Below, in pieces: positions 28,154 to 37,846 of a stretch of 64,000 nucleotides of DNA. Made by a program: the position numbers and the translations under genes. Origin of the DNA: Planctomycetota bacterium (GTDB lineage Bacteria; Planctomycetota; PLA2; JAEUHO01); contig CBDCTJ010000007.1 of NCBI GenBank assembly GCA_965222115.1, forward strand, positions 992,001 through 1,056,000. The letters run 5' to 3'. Within the stretch, counting starts at the first letter, position 1, and every line of letters begins with the position of its first letter. Under the pieces are notes generated by a model. That model was not told the DNA's origin, ran no database searches, and saw nothing but the letters and a program-made list of their open reading frames with translations.

Positions 28154-29704
28154 ATGACCAGTCGCCCGGCCTATGCCCCCGAAGCTCTTACGGACTTTTC
28201 AAAGCCTGAGAATGTAAAGGCGCTCAAGGCCGCGATAGACGACGTTACGAGCCAACTAGGCGCCTCGTATCCCAATGTGATTGGCGGCGAGCGATTCAAT
28301 GTCGACACCACATTGGACACCACCAACCCCGCCAATCCTGCCGAGCTGATAGGTACGGTGCCCAATTCAGGTGCCGAGGAAGCGGATCGGGCGATCGCTG
28401 CGGCCACCAAAGCCTTTCCTGCCTGGGCCGCCAAGAGTTTTGAAGAGCGCGCCGAGTACTTGTTCAAGGCCGCTGATATTGTTCGCAAAAACAGGCACAC
28501 CTTTTCTGCTTGGATGGTGAAGGAGTGCGGCAAGAACTTTGTTGAGGCCGACGCCGACACGGCCGAGGCCATCGACTTTCTTGACTACTATGCGCGCGAA
28601 GCGATTCGCTATGGTGCGGGCATGAAGGTCGTGCAGACCGCCGACAAGAACGAGTGCTTCTACATTCCACTAGGTGTTGGCGCGATTATCGCCCCGTGGA
28701 ACTTCCCATTTGCCATTCTCTGCGGCATGACCACAGCGGCGATCGTTGCGGGAAACACGGTCGTGATCAAACCCGCCGAAGATAGCTCGGTGATCGGCTA
28801 CAAGTTTATGGAGCTGATGGAGCAAGTCGGCGTGCCGCCCGGTGTGATCAACTTCCTGACCGGCGATGGTGCCAAGGTGGGCGCGCGCATGGTTGAGCAT
28901 CCCGACACGCGCTTCATTTCGTTTACCGGTTCCAAAGCGGTGGGACTGTTGATTCAGGAAGTGGCCAACAAGCGCGTCGAGGGGCAGCGCTGGATGAAGC
29001 GCGTCGTTGCTGAAATGGGCGGCAAGGACGCCATGATTATCGACGAAGACGCCGATTTGAACGACTCGGCCGATGCGATTGTTGCCGCGGCGTTTGGCTT
29101 CCAGGGACAGAAGTGCAGCGCCTGTTCACGCGCCATTATTCACGAGAGGATTTACGACAAGATGTTGCCGCTGCTCAAGGAGCGCGCCGAAGCACTCAAG
29201 CTCGGCGACCCCGCGGATGTCAACACACCCTATGGCCCCGTAATCAATGAAGAGGCCTATGAGAAGACGCAGCGCTATATCGCGATCGGCAAGAAGGAGG
29301 GCAAGTTGCTCACCGGTGGCTCGTGTCCCGATCGCCCCGGTTGGTTTATCGATCCCACGATCATTTATGACGTGGCGCCGGGCGCGAAACTCGAGCAAGA
29401 GGAAGTCTTTGGCCCGCTGTTGGCCGTCATCAAAGCGCGCGATTGGGATCACGCCATTGAAATCGCCAACGGCACCGACTACGGCTTGACCGGCGGCGTC
29501 ATGTCGAACAATCCCGCCCATCTAGAAGACGCCAAGCGCCGTTTCCATGTGGGCAATCTCTATCTCAACCGCAAATGCACCGGCGCGCTGGTCGGCGCAC
29601 AGCCCTTTGGCGGCTACAAAATGAGCGGCACGTGTTCCAAGGCCGGCGGGCCCGACTATCTCGGGCTCTTTCTCCAGCAAAAGGCGGTTGCTACGCGCGA
29701 ATAG
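28154..29704 (+). CDS. pruA: L-glutamate gamma-semialdehyde (P5C) dehydrogenase
   Basis: EADADTAEAIDF, PWNFP, FTGS, AEMGGKDA, GFQGQKCSACSR, GNLYLNRKCTGALVG, KAGGPDYL. AGGAG RBS. Confidence 0.95.
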   Translation: MTSRPAYAPEALTDFSKPENVKALKAAIDDVTSQLGASYPNVIGGERFNVDTTLDTTNPANPAELIGTVPNSGAEEADRAIAAATKAFPAWAAKSFEERAEYLFKAADIVRKNRHTFSAWMVKECGKNFVEADADTAEAIDFLDYYAREAIRYGAGMKVVQTADKNECFYIPLGVGAIIAPWNFPFAILCGMTTAAIVAGNTVVIKPAEDSSVIGYKFMELMEQVGVPPGVINFLTGDGAKVGARMVEHPDTRFISFTGSKAVGLLIQEVANKRVEGQRWMKRVVAEMGGKDAMIIDEDADLNDSADAIVAAAFGFQGQKCSACSRAIIHERIYDKMLPLLKERAEALKLGDPADVNTPYGPVINEEAYEKTQRYIAIGKKEGKLLTGGSCPDRPGWFIDPTIIYDVAPGAKLEQEEVFGPLLAVIKARDWDHAIEIANGTDYGLTGGVMSNNPAHLEDAKRRFHVGNLYLNRKCTGALVGAQPFGGYKMSGTCSKAGGPDYLGLFLQQKAVATRE

Positions 29705-29859
29705 CGCCGCGCGTTGGCTTCTTGGAGCTTACAGGGGTGGCACAAGCCGGGTAGCGGGCGCGATTGCTTAGTTCCTGTTGCACCGTTCAAGTTCGTATCG
29801 GCTCAGTCGTGCAAGGCCCCCAGCTGCGACGTTTGGAGTCCTATCACATAGGAGATCAA

Positions 29860-30141
29860 ATGAGCGACGCACAAGAACGCGGTATGTGCGGGTGGCTATC
29901 AACGCTATTGCTGGCGCTGATGGTCGCCCTTTTGGCCTATCAGACGTTTCGTCCTGAACCTCAGTGGGTGTATCAGTTCAAGACACTGGGAACATCCGAT
30001 GAATCGGGCAAGACACTTCTCAAGCAAGTTAACGAACTCGCTCAAGTGGGGTGGCGGCTTGATGCGGTTGACTTTGTTGCTTGGGGCACCGATGACGACA
30101 CCCCAACAATCATTCGAGCGGCCCTTAAGCGTAGGCGATAG
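29860..30141 (+). CDS. Small membrane-anchored hypothetical protein (DUF4177-like)
   Basis: AGGAG RBS; one TM helix, then W.Y...NELAQVGWRL...LKR. Confidence 0.65.
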   Translation: MSDAQERGMCGWLSTLLLALMVALLAYQTFRPEPQWVYQFKTLGTSDESGKTLLKQVNELAQVGWRLDAVDFVAWGTDDDTPTIIRAALKRRR

Positions 30142-30210
30142 TCGGCGTGGATGCCCCGCGCAGCTAGTTCAATCCAAGCTGAGCTCGCACTTCGATAGGA
30201 CATTGAAGTT

Positions 30211-30489
30211 ATGGCCGACTCGCTCTTCACGTTCATCCTGGACTATGATGGTGGAACGTACATCTGCCAGTACGAAGCTGAAGATGAGTTCGCGGTGGCA
30301 AAGATCTATGGGCAGGAGTTGGCCTGCGGACGCGTACTTCCCGAACGTGTGGCCATGCCAGTAGAGTACGTTGAAGGAATTCGTGAAAGCTGCGAAGCCC
30401 CTGTGCCCTTGGATGGCCTTATTGGCGCTTGGTGTATCGAAGCGATGCCTGAGTACACCCTAAATGTTGTCAGGACCGCTCGACCGTAG
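30211..30489 (+). CDS. Small acidic hypothetical protein
   Basis: FTFILDYDGGTYICQ...PVPLDGLIGAWC...LNVVRT; fills the intergenic gap. Confidence 0.7.
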   Translation: MADSLFTFILDYDGGTYICQYEAEDEFAVAKIYGQELACGRVLPERVAMPVEYVEGIRESCEAPVPLDGLIGAWCIEAMPEYTLNVVRTARP

Positions 30490-30494
30490 CGCCG

Positions 30495-31166
30495 CTAGGT
30501 TGACTTCCCTAACCGCGCCTTCTTCTTGGCTTCGACTTCAGCTTCCACGCGGGCCCAGCGGGCGCTTGCGTCGGTGGCGATGGCGAGGTCTTCGGGGGTG
30601 TCGATGTCGAAACACACGTCGGGTTCGTGAATATGGAGACGGACCGTATCAACTTGGTACCGAAGAATGATCTCGCGCGCACCTACGTTGTCGCCGTGGA
30701 GGAAAAAGTCCTCGCGCAGATTGCCTGAGAACACGCCGGGGTGTCCACCGAGGCCCTTGTACGTCGGTATCAGGATCTTGCAGCCGCGGGTGGCGAAGGC
30801 GGCCGCGATGCGATCCACGTATTCGGGATCGACGTAGGGAATGTCGGCCGGCGCAATCATAAAATTGCGTTCGTGCGCCCATGTGCAATTCAACCCGGCG
30901 CGGATAGACGAAATCATGCCGCCCTCGGGATTGGGATTCTCGACGATGTGGATGCGCACATTGCGGTAGGGTTCGAAGCGTTCGCGCGTGCCCTTGGGCA
31001 CGACGAGGATTACGTCCTGCACGCGCTTGGCCTTGCGGTAGGGACGGAGGGCGCGGTAAATGAGCGGACGCCCGCCGACGTCGACGAAGGGTTTGTCGGC
31101 GCCGAGTCGCGAGCCCTCGCCCGCCGCAAGAAGGAGCGCCACCGGATCGGAACCGGGAATCGTCAT
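30495..31166 (-). CDS. MocA/MobA-like NTP transferase (Moco cytidylyltransferase family)
   Basis: LLAAGEGSRLG..K, GMISSIRAGL, ADIP, GHPG, DIDTPED. Confidence 0.88.
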   Translation of the reverse strand: MTIPGSDPVALLLAAGEGSRLGADKPFVDVGGRPLIYRALRPYRKAKRVQDVILVVPKGTRERFEPYRNVRIHIVENPNPEGGMISSIRAGLNCTWAHERNFMIAPADIPYVDPEYVDRIAAAFATRGCKILIPTYKGLGGHPGVFSGNLREDFFLHGDNVGAREIILRYQVDTVRLHIHEPDVCFDIDTPEDLAIATDASARWARVEAEVEAKKKARLGKST

Positions 31167-31246
31167 GGCGCTACTGTAATCCAAGCACGTCCGACTGCAT
31201 ACTCACGCTACGGCGCTCGTGAGGTGCAGCGTTTGGAGGCAGGTGC

Positions 31247-31594
31247 ATGAAACGTGTCGTAGACGTCACTGGCATCATCGCAACGCGTGGCGATAAGATG
31301 GCCAAGCACAACTTGTTTGAAACCGCGCGATGCTTTGCCGACGTGTACGTGCTTGCGCCGGGGCAAGCCCAACCCGTACACCGTCACGAGGGCGAAGATA
31401 AGTTCTATTACGTGCTTTCGGGGCGTGGACGCGTGACATCGGGGGACGCCGCGCATGACGTGAGTCCCGGTTCGATCGTTTTTTGCCCTGCAGGCGACCC
31501 GCACGGCGTCGCAAACGACGCAACCGCCGAGCAGAACCTGCGACTTCTGGTATTTATGGCACCTCACCCGCGCGCATCGCAATTCGAGTCGTGA
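31247..31594 (+). CDS. Cupin domain protein
   Basis: PGQ.QPVHRH...YYVLSGRG...PAGDPHGV.N. Confidence 0.88.
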   Translation: MKRVVDVTGIIATRGDKMAKHNLFETARCFADVYVLAPGQAQPVHRHEGEDKFYYVLSGRGRVTSGDAAHDVSPGSIVFCPAGDPHGVANDATAEQNLRLLVFMAPHPRASQFES

Positions 31595-31653
31595 ATCGAA
31601 CACAGTCGCGTATCGAGGCGTAGGGCGTTGCATGGAAATGACGGAGGTTAGGC

Positions 31654-32334
31654 ATGTCCACACGTGTTTGTGTCGTACTGAGTGGTTGCGGATTCAAAGA
31701 TGGCGCCGAGATTCACGAGAGCGTTCTTACGTTGCTCGCCCTCGATCGCGCAGGCGCCACGGTTTCGTGTTTCGCACCCAACATTGCCCAGTCCACTGTG
31801 GTCGATCACGTCACGGGGGAGGCGACCCAGGAGTCTAGAAATGTCTTGGTGGAATCGGCACGCATTGCCCGTGGCGAGATTGCCGATGTTGCAGAGGCCG
31901 ACGCGGAAGACTTCGACGCGCTTATCTTGCCGGGTGGCTTTGGCGCGGCACTCAACTTATCCAATTTTGCAAGCGAAGGCGTCAAGGCCACGGTTGACCC
32001 CGGCGTCGCCAAACTCGTGCGGAGCATGCATGCCGCGAGAAAGCCCATTGGCGCCATTTGCATTGCACCCGCGCTGATTGCGCTCCTGCTTGGCTCCGAT
32101 GCTCCCACCCTAACGATTGGTAGCGAAGCGGGTACGGCAAGTGCCCTGGAGGCGTGCGGCGCCAAGCACAAAGAATGCCCCGTCGATCAGTTTGTGGTCG
32201 ACGAAATGCAGCGCATCGTGTCCACGCCGGCCTACATGCTCGGCCCGTCGATTCGACATGTGGCGACGGGAATCGAGCGTTGCGTGGACGAAGTGCTAAG
32301 GCTTGTCCGTGTAACAGCGGCCTCCACATCGTAG
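31654..32334 (+). CDS. elbB: DJ-1/PfpI family glyoxalase ElbB
   Basis: LSGCGFKDGAEIHE, RNVLVESARIARG, PGGFGAA.NL, CIAP, STPAYM. Confidence 0.95.
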   Translation: MSTRVCVVLSGCGFKDGAEIHESVLTLLALDRAGATVSCFAPNIAQSTVVDHVTGEATQESRNVLVESARIARGEIADVAEADAEDFDALILPGGFGAALNLSNFASEGVKATVDPGVAKLVRSMHAARKPIGAICIAPALIALLLGSDAPTLTIGSEAGTASALEACGAKHKECPVDQFVVDEMQRIVSTPAYMLGPSIRHVATGIERCVDEVLRLVRVTAASTS

Positions 32335-32441
32335 CGCGTAGACACACTCGATTCGCCACGCCTTTTCAAGAGTCGCGCTCGGCTTCGCAGTAGGCTTTCG
32401 CCGTCACAGACGATTCACCGATGAATCGCGAGGAGGCTGCG

Positions 32442-33317
32442 ATGGCCGGTCAACCCAAGTCACCTGATTCCCAGAAGCCGAGTCCGGGCGCTGCACTATC
32501 CGGCGTAAAGCACATTGTTGCCGTAGGTGCGGGCAAAGGCGGTGTGGGCAAATCCACAGTCGCCGTAAATTTGGCGTTGGCGCTTAAAGAACAAGGTGCA
32601 CAGGTCGGCCTGATGGACGGCGACGTCTATGGCCCGTCCATTCCCACCATGCTCAAGAATCACGACGCACCCACTGGCATGGGACCGGGTCGCATCGTGC
32701 CAAATGAAGCCTACGGCCTCAAACTCATGTCGATGGGGTTCTTGCTCGATCCCGAGAAGCCCATGGTGGTTCGTGGGCCCATCGTGCATACCGTCGTTCG
32801 CCAGTTCCTCACCGACGTCATGTGGGGCAAACTCGATTACTTGATCGTAGACCTACCGCCGGGAACGGGTGATGTGGCACTCAGTTTGGGGCAGTCGGCG
32901 CCGCTACGTGGTGCCGTCGTCGTATCCACGCCGCAAGATGTCGCGCTCATTGACGTGCATCGCGCCGTGTCGATGTTTCAAACGCTGAAGGTACCAGTCG
33001 TTGGGATGGTCGAGAACATGTCGTGGTATCAGTGCTCGGCCTGCGGACAACGCGAAAACATCTTTGGGCACGGCGGCGCCGAGGCGTGGAGCAAGGAGCA
33101 CGAGATTCCGTTTCTGGGCGGCGTACCATTGCATGCCTCCGTTGCGGTGGGCGGCGATGAAGGCCTGCCCGCGCTGCTCGATGAACGCACACCCGATCAT
33201 GTGAAAGACGCGTTCCGCGCCTGTGCCAAGGCACTCGCCGAACAAACTGAAAAGCTTGTGTCGATAGAGCCCCCGCCGCCGCTCATTCAGATTCAAGGAC
33301 TTCCACCAAAGAAGTAG
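32442..33317 (+). CDS. apbC: Mrp/NBP35 Fe-S cluster carrier ATPase
   Basis: GKGGVGKST, DVYGPS, DLPPGTGD, TPQ, ENMS..C..C; AGGAGG RBS. Confidence 0.93.
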   Translation: MAGQPKSPDSQKPSPGAALSGVKHIVAVGAGKGGVGKSTVAVNLALALKEQGAQVGLMDGDVYGPSIPTMLKNHDAPTGMGPGRIVPNEAYGLKLMSMGFLLDPEKPMVVRGPIVHTVVRQFLTDVMWGKLDYLIVDLPPGTGDVALSLGQSAPLRGAVVVSTPQDVALIDVHRAVSMFQTLKVPVVGMVENMSWYQCSACGQRENIFGHGGAEAWSKEHEIPFLGGVPLHASVAVGGDEGLPALLDERTPDHVKDAFRACAKALAEQTEKLVSIEPPPPLIQIQGLPPKK

Positions 33318-33338
33318 GCGCAAACGGGAGCCGATCGC

Positions 33339-33680
33339 ATGAACGAAAGCACGCTTATTCTATTTACCAATGACGGTCTCGGTCGCGCTAAGAAAGAGTT
33401 GCGTCGCAAGGTTCTGACGCCCTACCTCAAACTCGTTCTAGAAAGCGGCAAGCTGCCCGGTGCGCTCGCGTTCTACACGCGCGGCGTCAAACTCGTTGCC
33501 GAGGGCTCGCCGGTATTGGATCTACTCGCGGAGTTCGAGAAACAGCGGGTGGCACTCATCGTGTGCAAGACGTGTGTGGATTACTTCGACCTGGGCGACA
33601 AGGTTCGCGTGGGTACCGTCGGCGGCATGGGCGACATCATCTTGGCGCAGCAACAGGCCAGCAAGGTGATTTCCGCTTGA
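33339..33680 (+). CDS. DsrE family (YedF-like) sulfur relay protein
   Basis: FYTRGVKL...CKTCVDY...VG.VGGM.DI. Confidence 0.85.
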   Translation: MNESTLILFTNDGLGRAKKELRRKVLTPYLKLVLESGKLPGALAFYTRGVKLVAEGSPVLDLLAEFEKQRVALIVCKTCVDYFDLGDKVRVGTVGGMGDIILAQQQASKVISA

Positions 33681-33773
33681 ACGCGGCAATCCGACTCACC
33701 GATTGTCCGGATCGCACCGCCGCGCCTCATCTGTGCTCGAATCTCAATCTGTTTCCTGACTCGTCTCCTACGG

Positions 33774-34628
33774 CTATGCATCCGTGCGACACGTCGGATC
33801 TAAGTAACTCTTGAGACGCTTACTCATAACCTCGATCGCTTCGTCTTGAACATCCATTAGCACGAATTGCCTGCCATTTCGTGCCGCTGCTTCACCCATG
33901 GATCCACTTCCCGCGAAAAAATCGAGGACGACGTCGCCTTCATTCGAATGCACGCGGATAATGCGTTCCAACACGCCTAGTGGCTTCTGCGTTGCATACC
34001 CGGTTCGTTCATGGCTGTTTGGAGCCACAATCGTGTGCCACCAAACGTCTGTGGGGGTCTTGCCTCGGGCGGCCTTCTCGGGACCTACAAGCCCAGGCGC
34101 CATGTAGGGAATGCGATCCATGGCGTTGAAATTGAAGGTGTATTCCTTTGGATTCTTCGCGTACCACAAAATGGAGTCGTGCTTCGCTGACCACCTTTTC
34201 TTGGTTCGCGCGCCATAGTCATATGCCCAGATGATCTCGTTCATGAAGGATTCACGTCCGAATATCTGATCGAGCAGCACTTTGCAGTAGTGAACTTCTC
34301 GATAGTCAATGTGAAAGAAGAGGCTCCCGTTGCTCTTCAGTACGCGATAGCCTTCTTCTAGCCGTGGCGTGAGAAATGCCATGTAGTCGTCGAACGCGTC
34401 GTCGTATCCCGACGAGCCCAATTTCTCGGTTCGATAGGTCTTGCCGCCAAACCCTACGCGATCACCATCGTCGTCTTGAATGGTCTTTAGGCGTGTTCTG
34501 ACTTGCCGTTTCCCGGTATTAAACGGAGGGTCGATGTAAATGAGATCGACGGATTCATCGTGAAGACTTGGAAGCAACTCCAGGCAATCACCCTGACGAA
34601 TGACGTTGGTGGGAATCGGTGGTGCCAT
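33774..34628 (-). CDS. Orphan N4-C/N6-A DNA methyltransferase (beta class)
   Basis: DPPF in the N-terminal part, then TQKP and DFFAGSG; no adjacent restriction gene. Confidence 0.93.
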   Translation of the reverse strand: MAPPIPTNVIRQGDCLELLPSLHDESVDLIYIDPPFNTGKRQVRTRLKTIQDDDGDRVGFGGKTYRTEKLGSSGYDDAFDDYMAFLTPRLEEGYRVLKSNGSLFFHIDYREVHYCKVLLDQIFGRESFMNEIIWAYDYGARTKKRWSAKHDSILWYAKNPKEYTFNFNAMDRIPYMAPGLVGPEKAARGKTPTDVWWHTIVAPNSHERTGYATQKPLGVLERIIRVHSNEGDVVLDFFAGSGSMGEAAARNGRQFVLMDVQDEAIEVMSKRLKSYLDPTCRTDA

Positions 34629-34715
34629 GATCTACACTCTATCTTCGCGTCACGACAAGATGAATCCCGACATGACGATCGACACCTCGCGACGCGCCAC
34701 GTCTTGCCAGTCGCG

Positions 34716-35270
34716 TCAGTTCATCTCCGGCGACGACAGATCGCCTTCCCCAAAGTGTTCCGGGAATACGTCCGGTGACGAGGCGCGTCGAAACGCCATG
34801 CGCCACAAATCGCCGTCGTCGACGTCAAACACGAGTTCGCGATCGGCATCTATGGTGAGCCAGGAACCGGTTTGGAGTTCGCCCTCAAGCTGGCCGCGGC
34901 CCCATCCCGCGTACCCTGCAAAGAGTCGAAGGGACTTCACGTTTCCTTTGACCAACCGAACCACGCGATCGGTGGCGAGGGTGCAGTAGAGGCCCTCGGC
35001 AATAGCGACATCCGCCTCGTGGGAGTCTCCGTGCAGGGCGACCAAAGGACCCGCCACCGGGCCGCCAGCGTGCAGCGGAAGATCGCGCGTGCACGTGCCC
35101 TCCGCTACGTGCTCCCAAATGGTGGCGAGTGACTGCGGCGTGGGTCGGTTGAGCACCACGCCGATCGCGCCGCCCGGGTCGTGTTGAATCATCAGGACCA
35201 CGGTGCGCGAGAAGTTGGGATCGGTCATGTGGGCGGGCGCGATCAGGAGTTGGCCGCCAAGCATCGACAT
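34716..35270 (-). CDS. YqgE/AlgH family protein
   Basis: LLIA..DPNFSRTVV..H..GA.GVVLNRP, GGPV, GYAGW..GQLE.E..GSW. Confidence 0.95.
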   Translation of the reverse strand: MSMLGGQLLIAPAHMTDPNFSRTVVLMIQHDPGGAIGVVLNRPTPQSLATIWEHVAEGTCTRDLPLHAGGPVAGPLVALHGDSHEADVAIAEGLYCTLATDRVVRLVKGNVKSLRLFAGYAGWGRGQLEGELQTGSWLTIDADRELVFDVDDGDLWRMAFRRASSPDVFPEHFGEGDLSSPEMN

Positions 35271-35441
35271 CGCGTCCAGTCTACTCCCGGTTGGTCGGGG
35301 CGCCCCGATCGGCTAATCCACAGGATCGGCTGATGGTGAACATCCCTGATAGGAACGAGACCCGGTATAGTCCCTCAACGCCCGATGCTCTAGGTCGGAC
35401 GGTCTGCGTTGGAGGTTCACGTGGCAGGTCCAAGCGGTTCG

Positions 35442-36329
35442 ATGAGAGTTGTGCTGTTGGCACTCTTCGCCAATGCAGGTATCGCGATTGCCAAATTTGT
35501 CGTTGCCTTGATTACGAAGTCTGGATCGATGATGGCCGAGTCGATTCACAGCGCGGCCGATGCCGGCAACCAAGCGCTGCTCATCGTGGGGCACAAACGC
35601 GCGTCCAAGCCACCCGACGAGCGTCATCCGATTGGATATGGACGCGAAGCTTACTTTTGGGCACTGCTTGTTGCCGGCATGTTGTTCGTCTTGGGCGGCG
35701 CCTATTCGCTCTACGAGGGTTTTCATAAACTCTCAAATCCCCACCCGCTCAAGCATGGGTGGTGGGCGATTGGCGTGTTGACCTTTGGCATCCTGTTGGA
35801 GGGGTACAGCTTGCTAGCCGCGCTCAAAGAGCGCAAGCGCGTTGCTGGAGGTCGCTCCCTCTGGGAATGGGCAAAGACAACCGGGCGTGTCAATCTCTTG
35901 GTCGTCGTATTCGAAGATCTGGCGGCCGAACTCGGCATGGTGATTGCGATCATCGCAATCGGGCTAACCATGGCCACCGGAAATCCCGTCTTCGATGCCA
36001 TCGGGTCCCTGTGTATTGGTGTCCTGCTCCTTGGTGTTGCGATTCTCCTCGCGACACAAGTACGACGATTGATCGTGGGGTTTACCGTTCCCCAGTCGAT
36101 CCAGTCTCGGTTGCGTTATGTCTGGAAAGAACGTGGCTTCGATGTGTTGAATCTCATCGCCATCTGGAGCGGTCCTGCGGACATTGCCGTCGTGTGCAAG
36201 GTGCGTCCCCACGACATGTCCCTTGGTGTTCCGGCGCTCATGCGCACGATCAATGAGTGCGAAACAGAGATTCGAAACGAGTATCCGCATATTGTGTTGC
36301 ACTACGTGGAACCCGATTTCGTTGACTGA
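35442..36329 (+). CDS. Cation diffusion facilitator transporter
   Basis: AESIHSAADAGNQ, HPIGYGRE.YFW, FED.AA; six TM helices. Confidence 0.92.
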   Translation: MRVVLLALFANAGIAIAKFVVALITKSGSMMAESIHSAADAGNQALLIVGHKRASKPPDERHPIGYGREAYFWALLVAGMLFVLGGAYSLYEGFHKLSNPHPLKHGWWAIGVLTFGILLEGYSLLAALKERKRVAGGRSLWEWAKTTGRVNLLVVVFEDLAAELGMVIAIIAIGLTMATGNPVFDAIGSLCIGVLLLGVAILLATQVRRLIVGFTVPQSIQSRLRYVWKERGFDVLNLIAIWSGPADIAVVCKVRPHDMSLGVPALMRTINECETEIRNEYPHIVLHYVEPDFVD

Positions 36330-36350
36330 TGCCAAGCCCTGGGGGCGAAC

Positions 36351-37223
36351 GTGATGAGGCGCGCCTCGCTTGACCGCTTGATGCATCCCGAGCGCGGCCA
36401 TGCGTTTGAAGTCGACGTTTTGCGTGAACACGAAGGCGATGTGATAGAGGGCTATCTCGTTTGTCGTGTGACGCGTGCGGTGTGGCCTCTTGTGGCCGGG
36501 TTGGCAATTGTGACGCCCACCCTCAAAGCCTATGTTCGACAACACGCCAACGTTTTCGCGCGGCTACCCATTGCCGACCCTCGACTCACTCGCTTTCTTC
36601 TTGCGATCGAGGGGCGCGGATTTGATCGCGTGAATTTTGACGATGTCGTTTCGCAATACTGCGACCTTGCCGTCGATCCCCCGGATGGGTATCGCATTGA
36701 AATCGACGATGAGCTGCTTGCATTGGAGCGGTTGTTGGCGCGCGTCGTTCGTGGGCGACCGGCATATGGTATTGACCTTGGTTGTTCGGTGGGTCGAAGC
36801 GTGTTCATCTTGCGCACATATGTTGAGCGCGCGCTCGGTGTGGACTATGGACTTGCCGTCTTGCGACGCGCTCGAAACATTGCGCAATCGCAAGAGGACT
36901 TTTTCCTGCCAGGTTTGCCGTGTGCCGACGGCGAAGGGCGTGGACCTGAGGTGAAGCTCGACTTGGATCGGTTGGTGCGACCGCGCGTTGACTTTCTGGC
37001 TGCACAGGTCGAGCAGCTGCCCATCAAAGACGACTGTGTTGATGTTTGCGTGATCCACGCAGGTGATCAGCGCGGCGCGTGGCAACGGCCAACTGAGGTT
37101 GCATGTCACGCCCTGCGCGTCGTGCGTCGTTCCGGCATCGTGATTGCGCACAAAGATGTGCCCGTCAACGGGTCCGTTACCGATGGCGAGGGTCCATGGT
37201 GTGCGCAGGTTGTCCAATCATGA
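36351..37223 (+). CDS. Class I SAM methyltransferase with Trm112-like N-terminus
   Basis: EGYLVC...WPLVAG; IDLGCSVGR, GVD, VEQLP..D..VD. Confidence 0.75.
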   Translation: MMRRASLDRLMHPERGHAFEVDVLREHEGDVIEGYLVCRVTRAVWPLVAGLAIVTPTLKAYVRQHANVFARLPIADPRLTRFLLAIEGRGFDRVNFDDVVSQYCDLAVDPPDGYRIEIDDELLALERLLARVVRGRPAYGIDLGCSVGRSVFILRTYVERALGVDYGLAVLRRARNIAQSQEDFFLPGLPCADGEGRGPEVKLDLDRLVRPRVDFLAAQVEQLPIKDDCVDVCVIHAGDQRGAWQRPTEVACHALRVVRRSGIVIAHKDVPVNGSVTDGEGPWCAQVVQS

Positions 37224-37795
37224 GTCAAATGCGGGGCGACGTTTCCATTGCGCGTCTAGCGGTTCACGCCTGCACGGGATTATTCGCGCTGTTGCTTGGT
37301 GTACTCACGCCGACTCAAGCCATCCTGTGCGCCGGGCTCGGTGTCGTAATGGGTTGGGTCGTATTTCCGTTATCGAGCATTGAGTCCAAGCTCGCTCGAA
37401 CGCACGAGGGATACTTCAACGGACTCAGAACCTACCCACTAGCGGTGTTTTTGTTGGTCGCAGCACTGCCCGCGCCCAAAGCGGCTGCGGCGTGGGCGAT
37501 TTTGGCATATGGCGATAGCGCCGCCGCGTGGGTGGGCACCCGCGTGCCGTCACCGAAACTGTTCGGACATCCAAAGGCGACGTGGGCCGGCTCTCTGGCG
37601 CTTCTCTTCGTAGGTGTGTTCACGGCACTGGGCTGTTCTGCGTTTGTTGCACACACGGGACGTCCGCCGTCCGTTTCGCTGCTCTCATGCGCTCTTGCCG
37701 CCCTTGCAGCGGTCATTGCGGACTTGCTTCCCCTGCCTATCGACGACAATCTACCGATCGCGGCTGCGGCGGGGCTTGTGCTCGGCCTCATGTAG
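37220..37795 (+). CDS. Dolichol/phytol kinase-like membrane protein (CTP-transferase family)
   Basis: AYGDSAAA.VG, K.TWAGS, IDDNLPI; multiple TM helices. Confidence 0.8.
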   Translation: MSQMRGDVSIARLAVHACTGLFALLLGVLTPTQAILCAGLGVVMGWVVFPLSSIESKLARTHEGYFNGLRTYPLAVFLLVAALPAPKAAAAWAILAYGDSAAAWVGTRVPSPKLFGHPKATWAGSLALLFVGVFTALGCSAFVAHTGRPPSVSLLSCALAALAAVIADLLPLPIDDNLPIAAAAGLVLGLM

Positions 37796-37846
37796 GCCGT
37801 GCTCGCAAAGCGTGCTTGTAGAACGTGCGTGTAGGAACATCAATAC

